This document shows, piece by piece, positions 41,069-51,888 of a stretch of DNA of 64,000 nt. Below the pieces are notes generated by a model, which searched no databases, was not told the origin of the DNA, and worked only from the letters and a program-made list of their open reading frames with translations. Position 1 is the first letter of the stretch; the number at the start of each line of letters is the position of its first letter. This DNA comes from an uncultured delta proteobacterium (GTDB taxonomy: Bacteria; Desulfobacterota; WTBG01; CAIYCZ01; CAIRTM01): positions 32,001-96,000 of the forward strand of contig CAWDSQ010000007.1 of the NCBI GenBank assembly GCA_963804955.1, read 5' to 3'. The translations under genes were made by a program, and so were the position numbers.

Positions 41069-43564
41069 TCAACGATAATTCATAAACGGTACGGCGACCA
41101 TAAGCCCGAGTTCACGAGCATCGGGTGACTGCTGAACTGCACGCATGGCATTCCATGTCCGGTCAATATTTATTGTAACGACCCTGCCCTCGGAACCGAC
41201 CCCGCCCACGGCACACTCAACCCACTTGCCTGTTCTGAAAACAACAGCGAGAGGCTTTCTACCGTTCAGGCTGACATGTGCCCGCAACTGAAAATCCTTC
41301 GGTGCAGGATGCCCGTTGCGCATATATATGCTTATGGCTTCAGGGGGCAATTGTATGGCGCAGCTTACACCGTTCATCCAGCAGAATACCGGCTTTACGC
41401 CCTCGGGCCAACCGGGAATGCCGGAAGCTGGCTCCTCGTCCCACAACCCGAAGCGCAACCCCTGTTTGCTTAAGTCAATCGCTGTGAGCGGTGTTCGAAC
41501 CAGAATTGAGAGCTTTCGACTGTCCTTACTTGTTGGGTGAAAAGATTTGGGCATCCAGGTGCTGCGTGCTGAGATCCGGAGGTCGTGTTCACGCAGATTT
41601 CCGCCAGCATACACGTACCGGCTTCGCCACCCAGCCTGCCTCCCTGCATCACGTGCTACTATCATGCCGTCAAGAGCAAAATCGACACGCTTCGGTCCTT
41701 CCTCAATATATTGGGGCGGCACCATATAGTTTATTATGTACAGACCATCGGTCGCAAACCTGAGAACGGAATTTTCACCCGCCCAGCGAACATCTCCCTG
41801 TGGGTCTTTTTCCTTGACGTAAAATCCTTCATAAGCAGCAGCATCGTTCTGGTAAATGCCGTACATATCAAGGCCATACTTTGCATCAAGATCTTTTGAC
41901 GACCGTGCCCCGGCATAGGCAAATCCGGCGCATATTACAAGCACGCAGCAGCCTGGGGCAAAACGCATAAAAAACCTCTGCACCCGTGCGGGCACATTCC
42001 CGACAGGCAAAGCCATTAAATAACCCAGGTTCAGAAACACCAGCATCCAGACGGGGGAAATATAGGGAGGGTCCTGGGTCAGCCCGTACTGGTGGAAACT
42101 GTACAGAGCAAGCAGCACGGGTATAGAGATCGTAATGCCGCAGCGAAAATACCCGGACATGCCCACGATAAATCCATAGGCGATCATAAGCAGCCACAGC
42201 ACACAACCGGCAAGGCCAACGCCGGTCAGCAATTGAAGATAGAAATTATGAGGCGTGTCAAACAGCGCTCTGGTATACCTGTTGTTTGAAAAAAGCGACT
42301 CGGGAATTTTCTCCATAATGCCGGTATGAAATCGGTAGCTCTCCCATCCAAGGCCGAACAGGGGCCGTTCCTGCCACAGTGCCAGAGCCTCTTTGGCAAT
42401 AGCTATTCTCTCCACGGGCATAAAAAAAGTGATGTATCTGTTTTTTAATTCATTCTGCCTGATTATGTTCAGCTGCAAGTCCCATGAGTTTAGCTGAGTT
42501 TCTTGCGAATTTTTGTACAGCTCAACCTCGATGTTTTTTTGAAACATATCAAAAACAACCAGGACCAAAAACAAACTCACTGCTATGGTAAAAGGGATTG
42601 ATATGGCAACCCTGATGGCAATACGAAATTTTTTGCTCGATTTTTCATCTTCAGCAGCATCTTTTGAAAGATAGAAAAAAAGCCAGCAGAAAAAAAGTGT
42701 CACAGGATAGGTCAGCCAGCCCGAACGCGCCCCGGTTAGTATTATGACAATCTCAAAGAGTATCATCACACCAAACAACAGTGCCTTTAATTTCCATCCG
42801 CGTTTGGAGAAAAAGCCGAACAGTATATAGGGGATGGTCATAGTCAGATATTCGGCAAACCAGCCAGCGTTGCCTGTGACCGATTGCAGGCGGAGATCCG
42901 TCTGCTTGAACCAGAGCAGACTGATCAGATTAAAATATTCAAGCAGGCCGGCAAGCGAAGACCACAGCCCGCCACAAAGCGTTCCAATGAATAAAAACCG
43001 GTAGCACTTCTCATAATCATGGCGCAGTGACAGTGCAGCAACAAACGCTATGAAAAGCAGTAGCCTCCAGACAGCTGCCACGGAATAAAGCGGGTCCGGC
43101 GGCAGCGCAGTAAAGATCGATTGGGCAGAGGACATAAACGACCACTGCATGAGCTTGGAAAAGACATGCTCGGGCAGCAGCTGCAGCGACAGACAGCATA
43201 TGGCGGCGAACAAAAAGAAAAACCAGGCAAAAACAGGGTTAAGCCTATTGCGGAAAGCGTTTTTTTTAATCGTGGTCAGAAGCAGTGCGAGCGCCAGCAC
43301 TGCAGTGAAAAATTCGAAAATAGCAGTATGGACGCGCCAGGAATGGTTGATGTAAAAAGGGAAGCTTGCGCCGAAGAGGAAAAGAATGTTCTTGATAAGC
43401 TGTTGCTGTTTGATGCAGACAGTTGCTGCGACGAATCCGACGCCGAGCAGCAGATAAAAAGCCGCCACTGACGCAACTTTAAGCTCCATATCGGCGATGC
43501 GAAAAACTATAGTACACGTCAGAAAAAAAAGGGCCGTTATATACAAAAGCCAGCGGACAATCAA
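41069..43564 (-). CDS. O-antigen ligase (Wzy_C) family protein with long C-terminal extracytoplasmic extension
   Basis: Many TM segments; GNAGWFAEY, TGARSG, PLFGLG, HNFYLQ. Confidence 0.82.
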   Translation of the reverse strand: MIVRWLLYITALFFLTCTIVFRIADMELKVASVAAFYLLLGVGFVAATVCIKQQQLIKNILFLFGASFPFYINHSWRVHTAIFEFFTAVLALALLLTTIKKNAFRNRLNPVFAWFFFLFAAICCLSLQLLPEHVFSKLMQWSFMSSAQSIFTALPPDPLYSVAAVWRLLLFIAFVAALSLRHDYEKCYRFLFIGTLCGGLWSSLAGLLEYFNLISLLWFKQTDLRLQSVTGNAGWFAEYLTMTIPYILFGFFSKRGWKLKALLFGVMILFEIVIILTGARSGWLTYPVTLFFCWLFFYLSKDAAEDEKSSKKFRIAIRVAISIPFTIAVSLFLVLVVFDMFQKNIEVELYKNSQETQLNSWDLQLNIIRQNELKNRYITFFMPVERIAIAKEALALWQERPLFGLGWESYRFHTGIMEKIPESLFSNNRYTRALFDTPHNFYLQLLTGVGLAGCVLWLLMIAYGFIVGMSGYFRCGITISIPVLLALYSFHQYGLTQDPPYISPVWMLVFLNLGYLMALPVGNVPARVQRFFMRFAPGCCVLVICAGFAYAGARSSKDLDAKYGLDMYGIYQNDAAAYEGFYVKEKDPQGDVRWAGENSVLRFATDGLYIINYMVPPQYIEEGPKRVDFALDGMIVARDAGRQAGWRSRYVYAGGNLREHDLRISARSTWMPKSFHPTSKDSRKLSILVRTPLTAIDLSKQGLRFGLWDEEPASGIPGWPEGVKPVFCWMNGVSCAIQLPPEAISIYMRNGHPAPKDFQLRAHVSLNGRKPLAVVFRTGKWVECAVGGVGSEGRVVTINIDRTWNAMRAVQQSPDARELGLMVAVPFMNYR

Positions 43565-43731
43565 AAAGCATCCTTTCTTTTTAAGCAGGCAGGTTAAAGA
43601 TTTATGCTGGTAAGCTAAAGGCCTTTAAAAATCTTTTCACCTGGGATCTTTAGCCCGAGCCTTGATAATTATTTTCTCGTTAAGCAACAGAACGGGAAGG
43701 ATAGATGGACATACGGGAAGCACCCCAACAG

Positions 43732-45672
43732 CTACTCATTGTGAACCACTTTGAGCCTTCTCCCGGGAGAGGCTTCCGCGGGTGGGACATAAAAAACCAC
43801 ATACTTCCCAAGGGTGTTTCTTATCAGCTCAGGCTCTCCGCTTATGATCATGTTTTCAAAATTTCTAATCATCTCTTCGATATCTTTCAAGGTAAAAACA
43901 GAGTGCTGGCGAGCCATGAAAATTTTTTCATGATAGGTTTTATCTGTCCCCTCTTCCGCAGTCAGCAACTCTTCGAAAAGTTTTTCCCCCGGCCTCAGCC
44001 CTGTATAGATAATATCAATATCAACGTACGGCTCGAGATTATTCAGCTTAATAAGATCCTCAGCAAGCGTTGAGATCTTAACCGGTTCTCCCATATCAAG
44101 AACAAACACTTCGCCACCCTTGCCCATAGTCGCCGCCTGCAATACCAAGGCGACAGCTTCAGGTATGGTCATAAAATATCGCGTCATTTCAGGATGCGTA
44201 ACGGTTACAGGCCCGCCTTTTTTGATCTGTTCGATAAACATCGGAATAACACTGCCCCGGCTTCCCAGCACATTACCGAACCTGACGGATATGAATTTTG
44301 TTCTGTTCTGGCTGTTGAGGGCGATCCCTGCGTATTCAGCCATCCGTTTAGATGCACCCATAATACTTGAGGGATTCACAGCCTTATCGGTCGATATATT
44401 GATGAACTTTTCAACATTGGCGTCCATACACAGTTTTTCAAAATGCCAGGTGCCGATAATATTAGTTTTGACCGCCTCTTCGGGGAAATACTCCATCAGG
44501 TGAATATGCTTGTAGGCGGCAGCATGAAACACAATATCTACCCGGTAAGCGCTCAAAAGGCGCTTCAATTTAACCACATCCCGCAGATCTCCGATCATGG
44601 GAATAATTTCGGTATCTGATGCGGGTTTGAATTCTGCAAGCTCCAGCAGCAGGTTGTTAAGCTCAGTCTCGTCAATTTCAAATACAATAATGGCTTTAGG
44701 GTTAAAGAGCCTGAGCTGCCGCACGATCTCTGAGCCGATTGATCCGCCTGCGCCGGTTACGAGAACTGTTTTGTTGTTTAAAAGTTTGCCAAGCGAACTG
44801 GCTTCAATTTTCACCGACTCTCGGCACAGAAGGTCTTCCACATTGATATCCCGAAGCTCCTTCACGGAAACCGCTTCCTGGGGAAGCCGATTGATGCTCG
44901 GAACTATCTTTATTTCCATGATCCCGGACTGCCTGAGCATATCATACAGCAGGCTTATCTGGCCGTGTGAAAGAGTACTAATGGTAATAATTGCAGCCCT
45001 CACATTTTTGTTTTTTACAATCCGCGGTATATCCTTAAGAGCACCCAGCACCCTCACGCTCTGTATCGTTGTCTGTATGAGTTTCGCATTATCATCAACA
45101 AATCCTACCGGCTTATAAATAATTTTTTCATTTCTGAACATTTCACGAACAATGCGCTCACCAGTGCCTCCAGCCCCGATTATAAGCGTTGGTTTCCCTA
45201 TATTGCGGGAGCGATAGGATAATTCAATAATGAGCCTGCGGGAAACACGAAAGATAATAATAAAAAATCCGGCAAGAATATATGCGCTGAGAGGCGTTGA
45301 CCGGGGAAGCGCATATGCTGAATAATACTCCTGTACGCCTGTATTTGCGGCAAACAAAAGGAGCATGCTTGCAAACAGTGCTCTCAGCACAATAAAGCAT
45401 TCATGAAGACCGAAATAACGCCAGCTAAAGCTGTACACACCGCCCATATACATGGCCACACATGGAGGTATGATATACGCCGGCAACCAGAAAAATGCTG
45501 TGTTTCTGATTTCATCTGCTAGAAAAAAATCAAAACGAAGCATCAGCGCCAAATTGAGACAGACACTTATGACCAGAATATCGGTAGAGAGATACAAAAA
45601 AGCGCGTATTATTGCCGCGCGCATATGAATCGCCTTCCTGATTTTTAATTTAATCATATTTGCATTTATCAT
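43732..45672 (-). CDS. Nucleoside-diphosphate sugar 4,6-dehydratase (PglF/CapD/WbpM family)
   Basis: N-terminal TMs, GAGGSIGSE, HAAAYKH, STDKAV, RFGNVLGSRGSV, RPGEKL. Confidence 0.93.
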   Translation of the reverse strand: MINANMIKLKIRKAIHMRAAIIRAFLYLSTDILVISVCLNLALMLRFDFFLADEIRNTAFFWLPAYIIPPCVAMYMGGVYSFSWRYFGLHECFIVLRALFASMLLLFAANTGVQEYYSAYALPRSTPLSAYILAGFFIIIFRVSRRLIIELSYRSRNIGKPTLIIGAGGTGERIVREMFRNEKIIYKPVGFVDDNAKLIQTTIQSVRVLGALKDIPRIVKNKNVRAAIITISTLSHGQISLLYDMLRQSGIMEIKIVPSINRLPQEAVSVKELRDINVEDLLCRESVKIEASSLGKLLNNKTVLVTGAGGSIGSEIVRQLRLFNPKAIIVFEIDETELNNLLLELAEFKPASDTEIIPMIGDLRDVVKLKRLLSAYRVDIVFHAAAYKHIHLMEYFPEEAVKTNIIGTWHFEKLCMDANVEKFINISTDKAVNPSSIMGASKRMAEYAGIALNSQNRTKFISVRFGNVLGSRGSVIPMFIEQIKKGGPVTVTHPEMTRYFMTIPEAVALVLQAATMGKGGEVFVLDMGEPVKISTLAEDLIKLNNLEPYVDIDIIYTGLRPGEKLFEELLTAEEGTDKTYHEKIFMARQHSVFTLKDIEEMIRNFENMIISGEPELIRNTLGKYVVFYVPPAEASPGRRLKVVHNE

Positions 45673-46160
45673 TGCACATCCCTAATAAACCGGAAATCAA
45701 CTACACACTACATCATACTGTCGATTTGATACGTCAAATTAAATAAATGCTGTCTTTGATTTTACCTAGCATATTCTGCTTCCATGCAACTGTGCCCGTA
45801 TTAGCCAAGTTACCCTGATAAAGCATTTCAGATATGTACTAACTCTAATTCCATCTTATTATATTTCCTTCCTGTATCAATGTCAAATATTTCAAAAAAC
45901 TATTTTTTACAAATAATGAAATATACGTTACATGAAATCACCCACTCAAAAAAAAATCGTGCATGTGCCCCTAAAAAATAATATATATTAAAAAAACTGA
46001 AATTCTGTTGATCCACACAATAAAAGTTAATACGTGAGCAAAAAGTCATCTTAACTTAAAAAAAGGCCGTCGCTCAATAATCCAGCAAATCAAGGGTGCA
46101 GCTAATTCAAAAACCGGGATTTTCGTTCTCACATTAGTGGGTTTTCACATTTAATTTTAG

Positions 46161-46236
46161 CACCCTCTCCCCAAACCCCTCGAAGAGAGGGAGACCTGTT
46201 TTTCCACCATCCCTTGATGGGAGGGATGAAGGGGAG
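46161..46236. repeat. Degenerate CCCTCTCCC/GGGAGAGGG-type intergenic palindromic element
   Basis: caccctctccccaaacccctcgaagagagggag...catcccttgatgggagggatg; a GC-rich island in an AT-rich spacer. Confidence 0.45.
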
Positions 46237-46297
46237 TTCGCCTAACTAGATAAATTTAAAGTCATAGCCCAATAGTTATATATAAAAAGTGAATAAC

Positions 46298-47443
46298 ATG
46301 AACATCCTCATTGCCGGTGATTTTTTCATTGCAGACAGTTTTAAAAACCAGCCACTGATTGATAATTCGGTGAAAGAATTGTTTGCGGCTGCCGATTACC
46401 GCATCGTTAACCTCGAAGCACCGTTAACGGCCAATGAGCCTGAAAACAGGATATTGAAAACCGGACCGCATTTGAGCAGTTCTGCAGAAACAATGTTGCC
46501 CTACCTTAAACAATTAAAAGTGGATCTGGTAACCCTTGCCAACAACCATATTTTTGATTATGGATGGAAGGGTCTGTCTGATACTTTCGATTCATTACAG
46601 AAAAATAAAATCAGTTACGTTGGTGCAGGTAACACCCTGAAGGAGGCCTCAAGGCCATTCACCTTTGAGAAAGAGGGGATGAAAATTGCCATCCTCAATT
46701 TTGCGGAAAATGAGTGGTCAATTGCCGAGGATGAAATGCCCGGCGCAAACCCCTTAGATATTATTGACAATGTAAACCAGATTAAAAAAACCAAAGCCAC
46801 CCATGATAAAGTTATTTGTATCATTCACGGTGGGCACGAGTATTACCACCTGCCCAGTCCACGCATGGTAAAACAATACCGCTTTTATGCCGAAAACGGT
46901 GCCGATGCCATTGTTGGCCATCATACCCATTGCATTGGAGGATACGAGGTTTATCAAGATGTCCCTATTATTTACAGCTTGGGGAATTTTCTGTTTACTT
47001 TACCGTCCAAACGAGAAGAATGGTATACTGGTTTGCTGACACAACTAAGTTTCGAAAAACAAAAAAAAATAAGTTTTAAAATCATGCCCGTTGAACAAAA
47101 AAAGGAAAGTTTTTTAATTGCAGCTTGCAATAAAAATAAAAAAAATATTTTAATGGATGATTTAGAAAATTATGTTAACATAATTCATGATTCAGCTCAA
47201 TTAAATAAATTGTGGAATATTTTTATAGAATCAATAAACAAACAACATTTAAATACTTACAGCCCTATTCAGCTTTTTAACAATAAATATATAACCGCAG
47301 TGTTTAAGAAACTCGGGATTGATACTTGGTTTATGAATATAAATCATTACAAATTAATACTTAATATGATTCGATGCGAGGCCCATTTTGATGCATCAAA
47401 AAAAATATTAAAAAATTTTATTTTTAAAATAAAAAAACGTTAA
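46298..47443 (+). CDS. CapA family (PGA_cap metallophosphatase-fold) protein
   Basis: AGD, NLEAP, LANNHIFDYG, HGGHE, GHHTH, YSLGNF. Confidence 0.9.
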   Translation: MNILIAGDFFIADSFKNQPLIDNSVKELFAAADYRIVNLEAPLTANEPENRILKTGPHLSSSAETMLPYLKQLKVDLVTLANNHIFDYGWKGLSDTFDSLQKNKISYVGAGNTLKEASRPFTFEKEGMKIAILNFAENEWSIAEDEMPGANPLDIIDNVNQIKKTKATHDKVICIIHGGHEYYHLPSPRMVKQYRFYAENGADAIVGHHTHCIGGYEVYQDVPIIYSLGNFLFTLPSKREEWYTGLLTQLSFEKQKKISFKIMPVEQKKESFLIAACNKNKKNILMDDLENYVNIIHDSAQLNKLWNIFIESINKQHLNTYSPIQLFNNKYITAVFKKLGIDTWFMNINHYKLILNMIRCEAHFDASKKILKNFIFKIKKR

Positions 47444-47536
47444 AAAAATTTTAATAATTAATTTAATTATAAAATTATTCTTTAAAGAGCCTTTTGCTGA
47501 AACTGCAAAAAGCCACGCCTAAAAAAAATTAAAAAC

Positions 47537-47565
47537 TTGACAACAAACAAACAAATGTCTATAAA
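47537..47565 (+). promoter_or_regulatory. sigma70-type promoter
   Basis: TTGACA-17 bp-TATAAA. Confidence 0.65.
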
Positions 47566-47622
47566 TAAGCTATGTGAGGGTAATATTAAAAAAACACGCT
47601 TCATTTACAAGAGGAGCATTAT

Positions 47623-48066
47623 ATGAAACACGCAACAGGGGCATTTTTCAGCATACTCATGGCGTTTGTCCTGATTTTCAGTATGGCTGGAAAAGCAGCG
47701 GCGCAGGAAGTCGCAGCAAATGATCCGGCTGAATCTGAAATGCTGCTCATCGATGATGCAGCTCAACAGGACGGAGACTTCAAGGCCTTTGCATCAACCT
47801 GCACACTGAAAGTTTTTCCGGAATCAATTCGCAGCAGGCGCCTGGGGCGTTTTGGTATGTTTATCGTGAGCGAAGGCGACGGAGTGGAATTTGAAAGGGG
47901 TGATATGGTTGATTGGGGAACCGACGATATCAATACCATTTTGCAGTTCAGATTCCCGCGGCGCATCTTCTCCCTTGTATGGATACAGGCCAATGCGGAA
48001 CCGGGCGAATTTGAGGTGACAGTTGGCGATGATGATAACTGCACGGGCACGCTTGAAATACGATAA
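47623..48066 (+). CDS. Secreted hypothetical protein (beta-rich)
   Basis: GAGGAG RBS, signal peptide ending AAA, two Cys, own promoter and terminator. Confidence 0.75.
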   Translation: MKHATGAFFSILMAFVLIFSMAGKAAAQEVAANDPAESEMLLIDDAAQQDGDFKAFASTCTLKVFPESIRSRRLGRFGMFIVSEGDGVEFERGDMVDWGTDDINTILQFRFPRRIFSLVWIQANAEPGEFEVTVGDDDNCTGTLEIR

Positions 48067-48101
48067 GCAACCGCGGTACGGGAACTTTTAAAGAAGTGTA
48101 C

Positions 48102-48134
48102 AAAGAGCCGGGTGTTGATGCACCCGGCTCTTTT
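48102..48134 (+). terminator. Rho-independent terminator
   Basis: AAAGAGCCGGGTG-ttgatg-CACCCGGCTCTTTT. Confidence 0.85.
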
Positions 48135-48462
48135 CATTTTCATGTATAGAGGCATAGTAGGATTTCGTAAAATGAGGAGTTGAATGGGTTCCCGGACCTC
48201 TGATAATAATAGGGAATAAAAAGGACCACCACCGAAACGGCTGTCGACCTAAAAAAAACGTCTCCTTTTTATAACGAAATGCAGTCCGGCAAGCACCTAA
48301 AACAATCAATGAAGACCAAATTGTACATAAAAGCGTTCCACCTGTGAAGGAGGGAATAATCCCTATATTCTCTCCAGCCATAAACCCCTCCTGCTTTCAA
48401 TTTTTTGTAACATAATGTTTGTCTTCGGTAGTGCGCCTGAAGACTTTTCAAAGGAGCCTCGA

Positions 48463-49257
48463 ATGGATAAAATATTTCGTTACGGTTTATGTTTCATCGG
48501 GCTCTTGGCGTTTATCGGTTGCTCGTCCGAAAACCCGCTTTACGAACAGATCATAAAAAAAATATCCGGCCGCTCACTGCTTGCAGGATGCCAGGATAAT
48601 CCTTCGGGCGATTCAACGACCGCTTTTACGGTAGGGGCTGAGACTGTCGCACACTGGGCTTTCAATGAAGGGAAGGGAAACACCGTCCATGATTTATCCG
48701 GCCATGGACATACCCTTAATCTGACCGGCACTTTTTCCTGGGGCGATTGCAGCTATGGAACAGGAATAAAGTTAGGAAAAGGCAGTGGTTCAACTCCGTT
48801 TTCTCCTGACTTTTATCCATCCGCTATCACGGTTGAAGCTATGCTCAGCCTCGATCGAATGCCTCCTGAAAACCTCAAGACCGATCCACGCATGATGATC
48901 GTTGCTGCATATAGTGCTGAGCAGGGTAAGGCGGAATACGGTTATGAATTACGGATCAACCGGTACGGAATTGTTGAGTTTGCTGTAGCAACCGGGGTTA
49001 CCAGAAGGTGGATCTCGGCCTTCAGTCGTCAACCAATCACCATTAACGCTCTCTACCATATAGCTGGGACCTACGATGGATCGACAATAAAAGTGTTCGT
49101 GAACGGTGTTTGCGTCGGTGAAACTCCTCACACAGGAACAATTGCCGCTCCGGCCGGCAAGGCGGAATTATTTATAGCGAACCGGAACAACGGCTGGAAA
49201 TTCTGGTATTTTGGGGTGATCGATGAAGTGAGAATCTCAAATTCTGCCCTCTATTGA
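48463..49257 (+). CDS. LamG-domain lipoprotein
   Basis: FIGC lipobox, AHWAFNEGKG..VHDLSG, YHIAGTYDG..VFVNG, GVIDEVRI. Confidence 0.8.
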   Translation: MDKIFRYGLCFIGLLAFIGCSSENPLYEQIIKKISGRSLLAGCQDNPSGDSTTAFTVGAETVAHWAFNEGKGNTVHDLSGHGHTLNLTGTFSWGDCSYGTGIKLGKGSGSTPFSPDFYPSAITVEAMLSLDRMPPENLKTDPRMMIVAAYSAEQGKAEYGYELRINRYGIVEFAVATGVTRRWISAFSRQPITINALYHIAGTYDGSTIKVFVNGVCVGETPHTGTIAAPAGKAELFIANRNNGWKFWYFGVIDEVRISNSALY

Positions 49258-49513
49258 CATCCCTCTTTTATTATTCGGATAATCGAGCCTGCATTATTAC
49301 CGGAGGACGGAGCAAGGGATCGCGTCCGTCTTTCGTAGTACTCTATCCAGCATCCCTTTTTTAAAGCCTCTATTGTGATACATCATGGCTTCCCGTGAGA
49401 CGCACGCGCATACACGATTTTAAGGGTCCTTTGGCGAGTAAATAAACCAAACAATAAGGCAGCAGACCTTTTACGGATAAAAAACACCTATAGGGAAAAG
49501 GATTATTATCGAA

Positions 49514-50854
49514 CTACTTCCCAACATCGCTTATGATAAAACGGGTCTTGCCCCTATCATGCGGAATATGCTTCACGAGTTGCAGTTTCACAGGTACTGC
49601 CTCGCCGATGCGATCACGCAAGTTAGCAAATGCCCTATCGATAATCTCCCTTGACTGCAGAGCAACCCCCTCCACACAACTCAGGGTGATAGAAAAGTCG
49701 GCGCGCTGATATATCTGGAACATTTTGACAGCCTCGGGATGGTCGTCAAATAATGTCGTAAGGAATTCGCCGCTGATGCTTCTGCCGTCCGGCAGCCTTA
49801 TTCTATCTGACACCCTGCCCCGAACCTTATCCATGAGGGGAAGCGTTACTCCGCAGGGGCAGGTTCGCATAAGTCTTCGTCCCACATCACCTATCTCGTA
49901 TCTGATAAGCGGGAACACCCGGTTTTCAAGGTCAGTGACAAGGACTCGCCCCCACTCACCATCGGGAACCGGCATCCCGGCAGTATCCACGAATTCTATG
50001 TGGCGTATATCGTGCATGATGTGCAGTCCGTTTCGTTCTTTGCATTCGGCCGCGAGCCAGGGTATTTCGCAGGACCCATATTGGTCATAAACCGGTGCCT
50101 GAAAAACCGATTGCATGATGCTCCGTTGTGCCTCGGAAAGCGGTGCCGAGGTTACCCATACCGCCTTAGGCGGTGTAATTGTTAGCCCGTTGTCGCGCAG
50201 AAATAGCGTGAATTCATATACTGCGCCAACATAGCCTTGGAGGATCGTTGGTTTTAGATTGTTATACCGAATGAGGAACGAACGCATTGTTTCCTGGGTC
50301 ATAAGCGCCGCATCGAGAAATATTCTCCGTGTCGGCCACCACAGCAAGTCGTTCAACAGGTTGAAAGGAAATATTCTCCGAAGGCGATAGATAAAGGCTA
50401 TGTCATCAGAGGGCTCGACATCCCACCACCTGACGACACGCCATAATGCTGTCTCGATGCTTACCCTACGATCATAGAGAACAGAAATAGGCATGCCGGT
50501 GCTTCCGCCGGTAGTGGCTCTGCAACAGTCACCCTTTGCAGCCTTGTCTGAAATGAACTCATCAAAGCAGGCTCGAAGATGCTCCCGCGTTACGATGGGA
50601 AGCCGCACAAAATCCTCGGGTCTTCTGATATCGTCAGGCGTTATGCCGCACTCTTCGAATACCCGCCTATAGAACCGTGTGTGCTTAGATGCAAAGCGCA
50701 CCAATTCACGTCGTTTTTCAAAATTCAGTTGGTCGATTTGCTGGGGTGCCAGACATTGTTGTGTTTTAAGGAGATTATAATACTTAAGCGACCCAGCACG
50801 AAAAACCGTGTTTTTCAATGCAAAAATTCTGCTGTTAAATAATAAATTACTCAT
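49514..50854 (-). CDS. Phenylacetate-CoA ligase-like / CapK family adenylating enzyme
   Basis: TTGGSTG, DQYGSCE, IRYEIGD, GRVSD, GKTRFI. Confidence 0.88.
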   Translation of the reverse strand: MSNLLFNSRIFALKNTVFRAGSLKYYNLLKTQQCLAPQQIDQLNFEKRRELVRFASKHTRFYRRVFEECGITPDDIRRPEDFVRLPIVTREHLRACFDEFISDKAAKGDCCRATTGGSTGMPISVLYDRRVSIETALWRVVRWWDVEPSDDIAFIYRLRRIFPFNLLNDLLWWPTRRIFLDAALMTQETMRSFLIRYNNLKPTILQGYVGAVYEFTLFLRDNGLTITPPKAVWVTSAPLSEAQRSIMQSVFQAPVYDQYGSCEIPWLAAECKERNGLHIMHDIRHIEFVDTAGMPVPDGEWGRVLVTDLENRVFPLIRYEIGDVGRRLMRTCPCGVTLPLMDKVRGRVSDRIRLPDGRSISGEFLTTLFDDHPEAVKMFQIYQRADFSITLSCVEGVALQSREIIDRAFANLRDRIGEAVPVKLQLVKHIPHDRGKTRFIISDVGK

Positions 50855-50892
50855 AAAAAAGCTCCCGTGCTACTACTTGCGCGTTCGACGCC

Positions 50893-51888
50893 TTATCCTT
50901 CGCGGTCCAGGCTCTTGTAAAGTTTTTCGTATTGTTCCGCAACATGTGCCGGTGAATACAACCGCGCATTGGCAAAGCCCCGAAGTATCAGATCATTTCT
51001 CAGCATCTCGTTATGGATGATTTCTAAAACACCCTCTCTAATAGAGTCAACATTGAACGGGTCAACAAGCATGGCGCCGTTACCGGCGACCTCTTTCATC
51101 GGCGATAGATCGCTCGTAATCAAAACACGACCGACAGCCTGCGCTTCAAGAATAGGAAGACCGAAGCCCTCATAGGTCGAGACAAAGGCGACAATATCGG
51201 CTTTATGGTATTCATGCAGCAACTCGTCAAATGAAATGCCGCTGTTCTGTGTGTATTCGATCTTGTTGCGTTCAAGTGCGTTTTTAATATCCTCATACAA
51301 TATCCCCACAATATGAAGATGGCAGGGAATACCCTTAAGTGCTTCTGCAAGACGAGGAATATTTTTATTTTTGGTGTCCCCAATTTGAAGTATTCGTGGT
51401 TTGTGAGTATTAAACAACTTTTCCTGCGGCAGAAAACGGGGGTCGATGCAGTCGGGTATGAACATTATTTTTTCCTCCGAGCATCCAGTTATCTGCATCA
51501 GGTCTTTTTTCGTCTGTTCCGATATTACGGTGACAAAACGAGCATGCCGAACAGGCAGGGTAAACCATATCCATTTATAGGCCCATCGCTTTATGGCATT
51601 TTTTTCATGCAGGATGGTTACGCAATCGTGAACCGTGAGGATAGTCCTTCGTGCAGGCAAAGCCATAACGACGTAGTGGACATCTCCGGTGACATGATTG
51701 ACTGCGCTCCGGTTGTGCCAGGCCCACAGCATATTGGCGATCCGCTTAAAAAATCCGTTGCTGGTAAATGGCATTACTTTTCTTGACACCTGCACGTTGG
51801 CAGAAAAATGCCGCGCGATTATGTCAAATAAATTTTCAATACTAAAAGAGCCTTTTTTCAACAATCTTACAAAGAGGGCAACTTGCAT
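50893..51888 (-). CDS. Glycosyltransferase family 4
   Basis: TVHD, KNI, YEGFGLPILEAQAVG. Confidence 0.9.
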   Translation of the reverse strand: MQVALFVRLLKKGSFSIENLFDIIARHFSANVQVSRKVMPFTSNGFFKRIANMLWAWHNRSAVNHVTGDVHYVVMALPARRTILTVHDCVTILHEKNAIKRWAYKWIWFTLPVRHARFVTVISEQTKKDLMQITGCSEEKIMFIPDCIDPRFLPQEKLFNTHKPRILQIGDTKNKNIPRLAEALKGIPCHLHIVGILYEDIKNALERNKIEYTQNSGISFDELLHEYHKADIVAFVSTYEGFGLPILEAQAVGRVLITSDLSPMKEVAGNGAMLVDPFNVDSIREGVLEIIHNEMLRNDLILRGFANARLYSPAHVAEQYEKLYKSLDREG

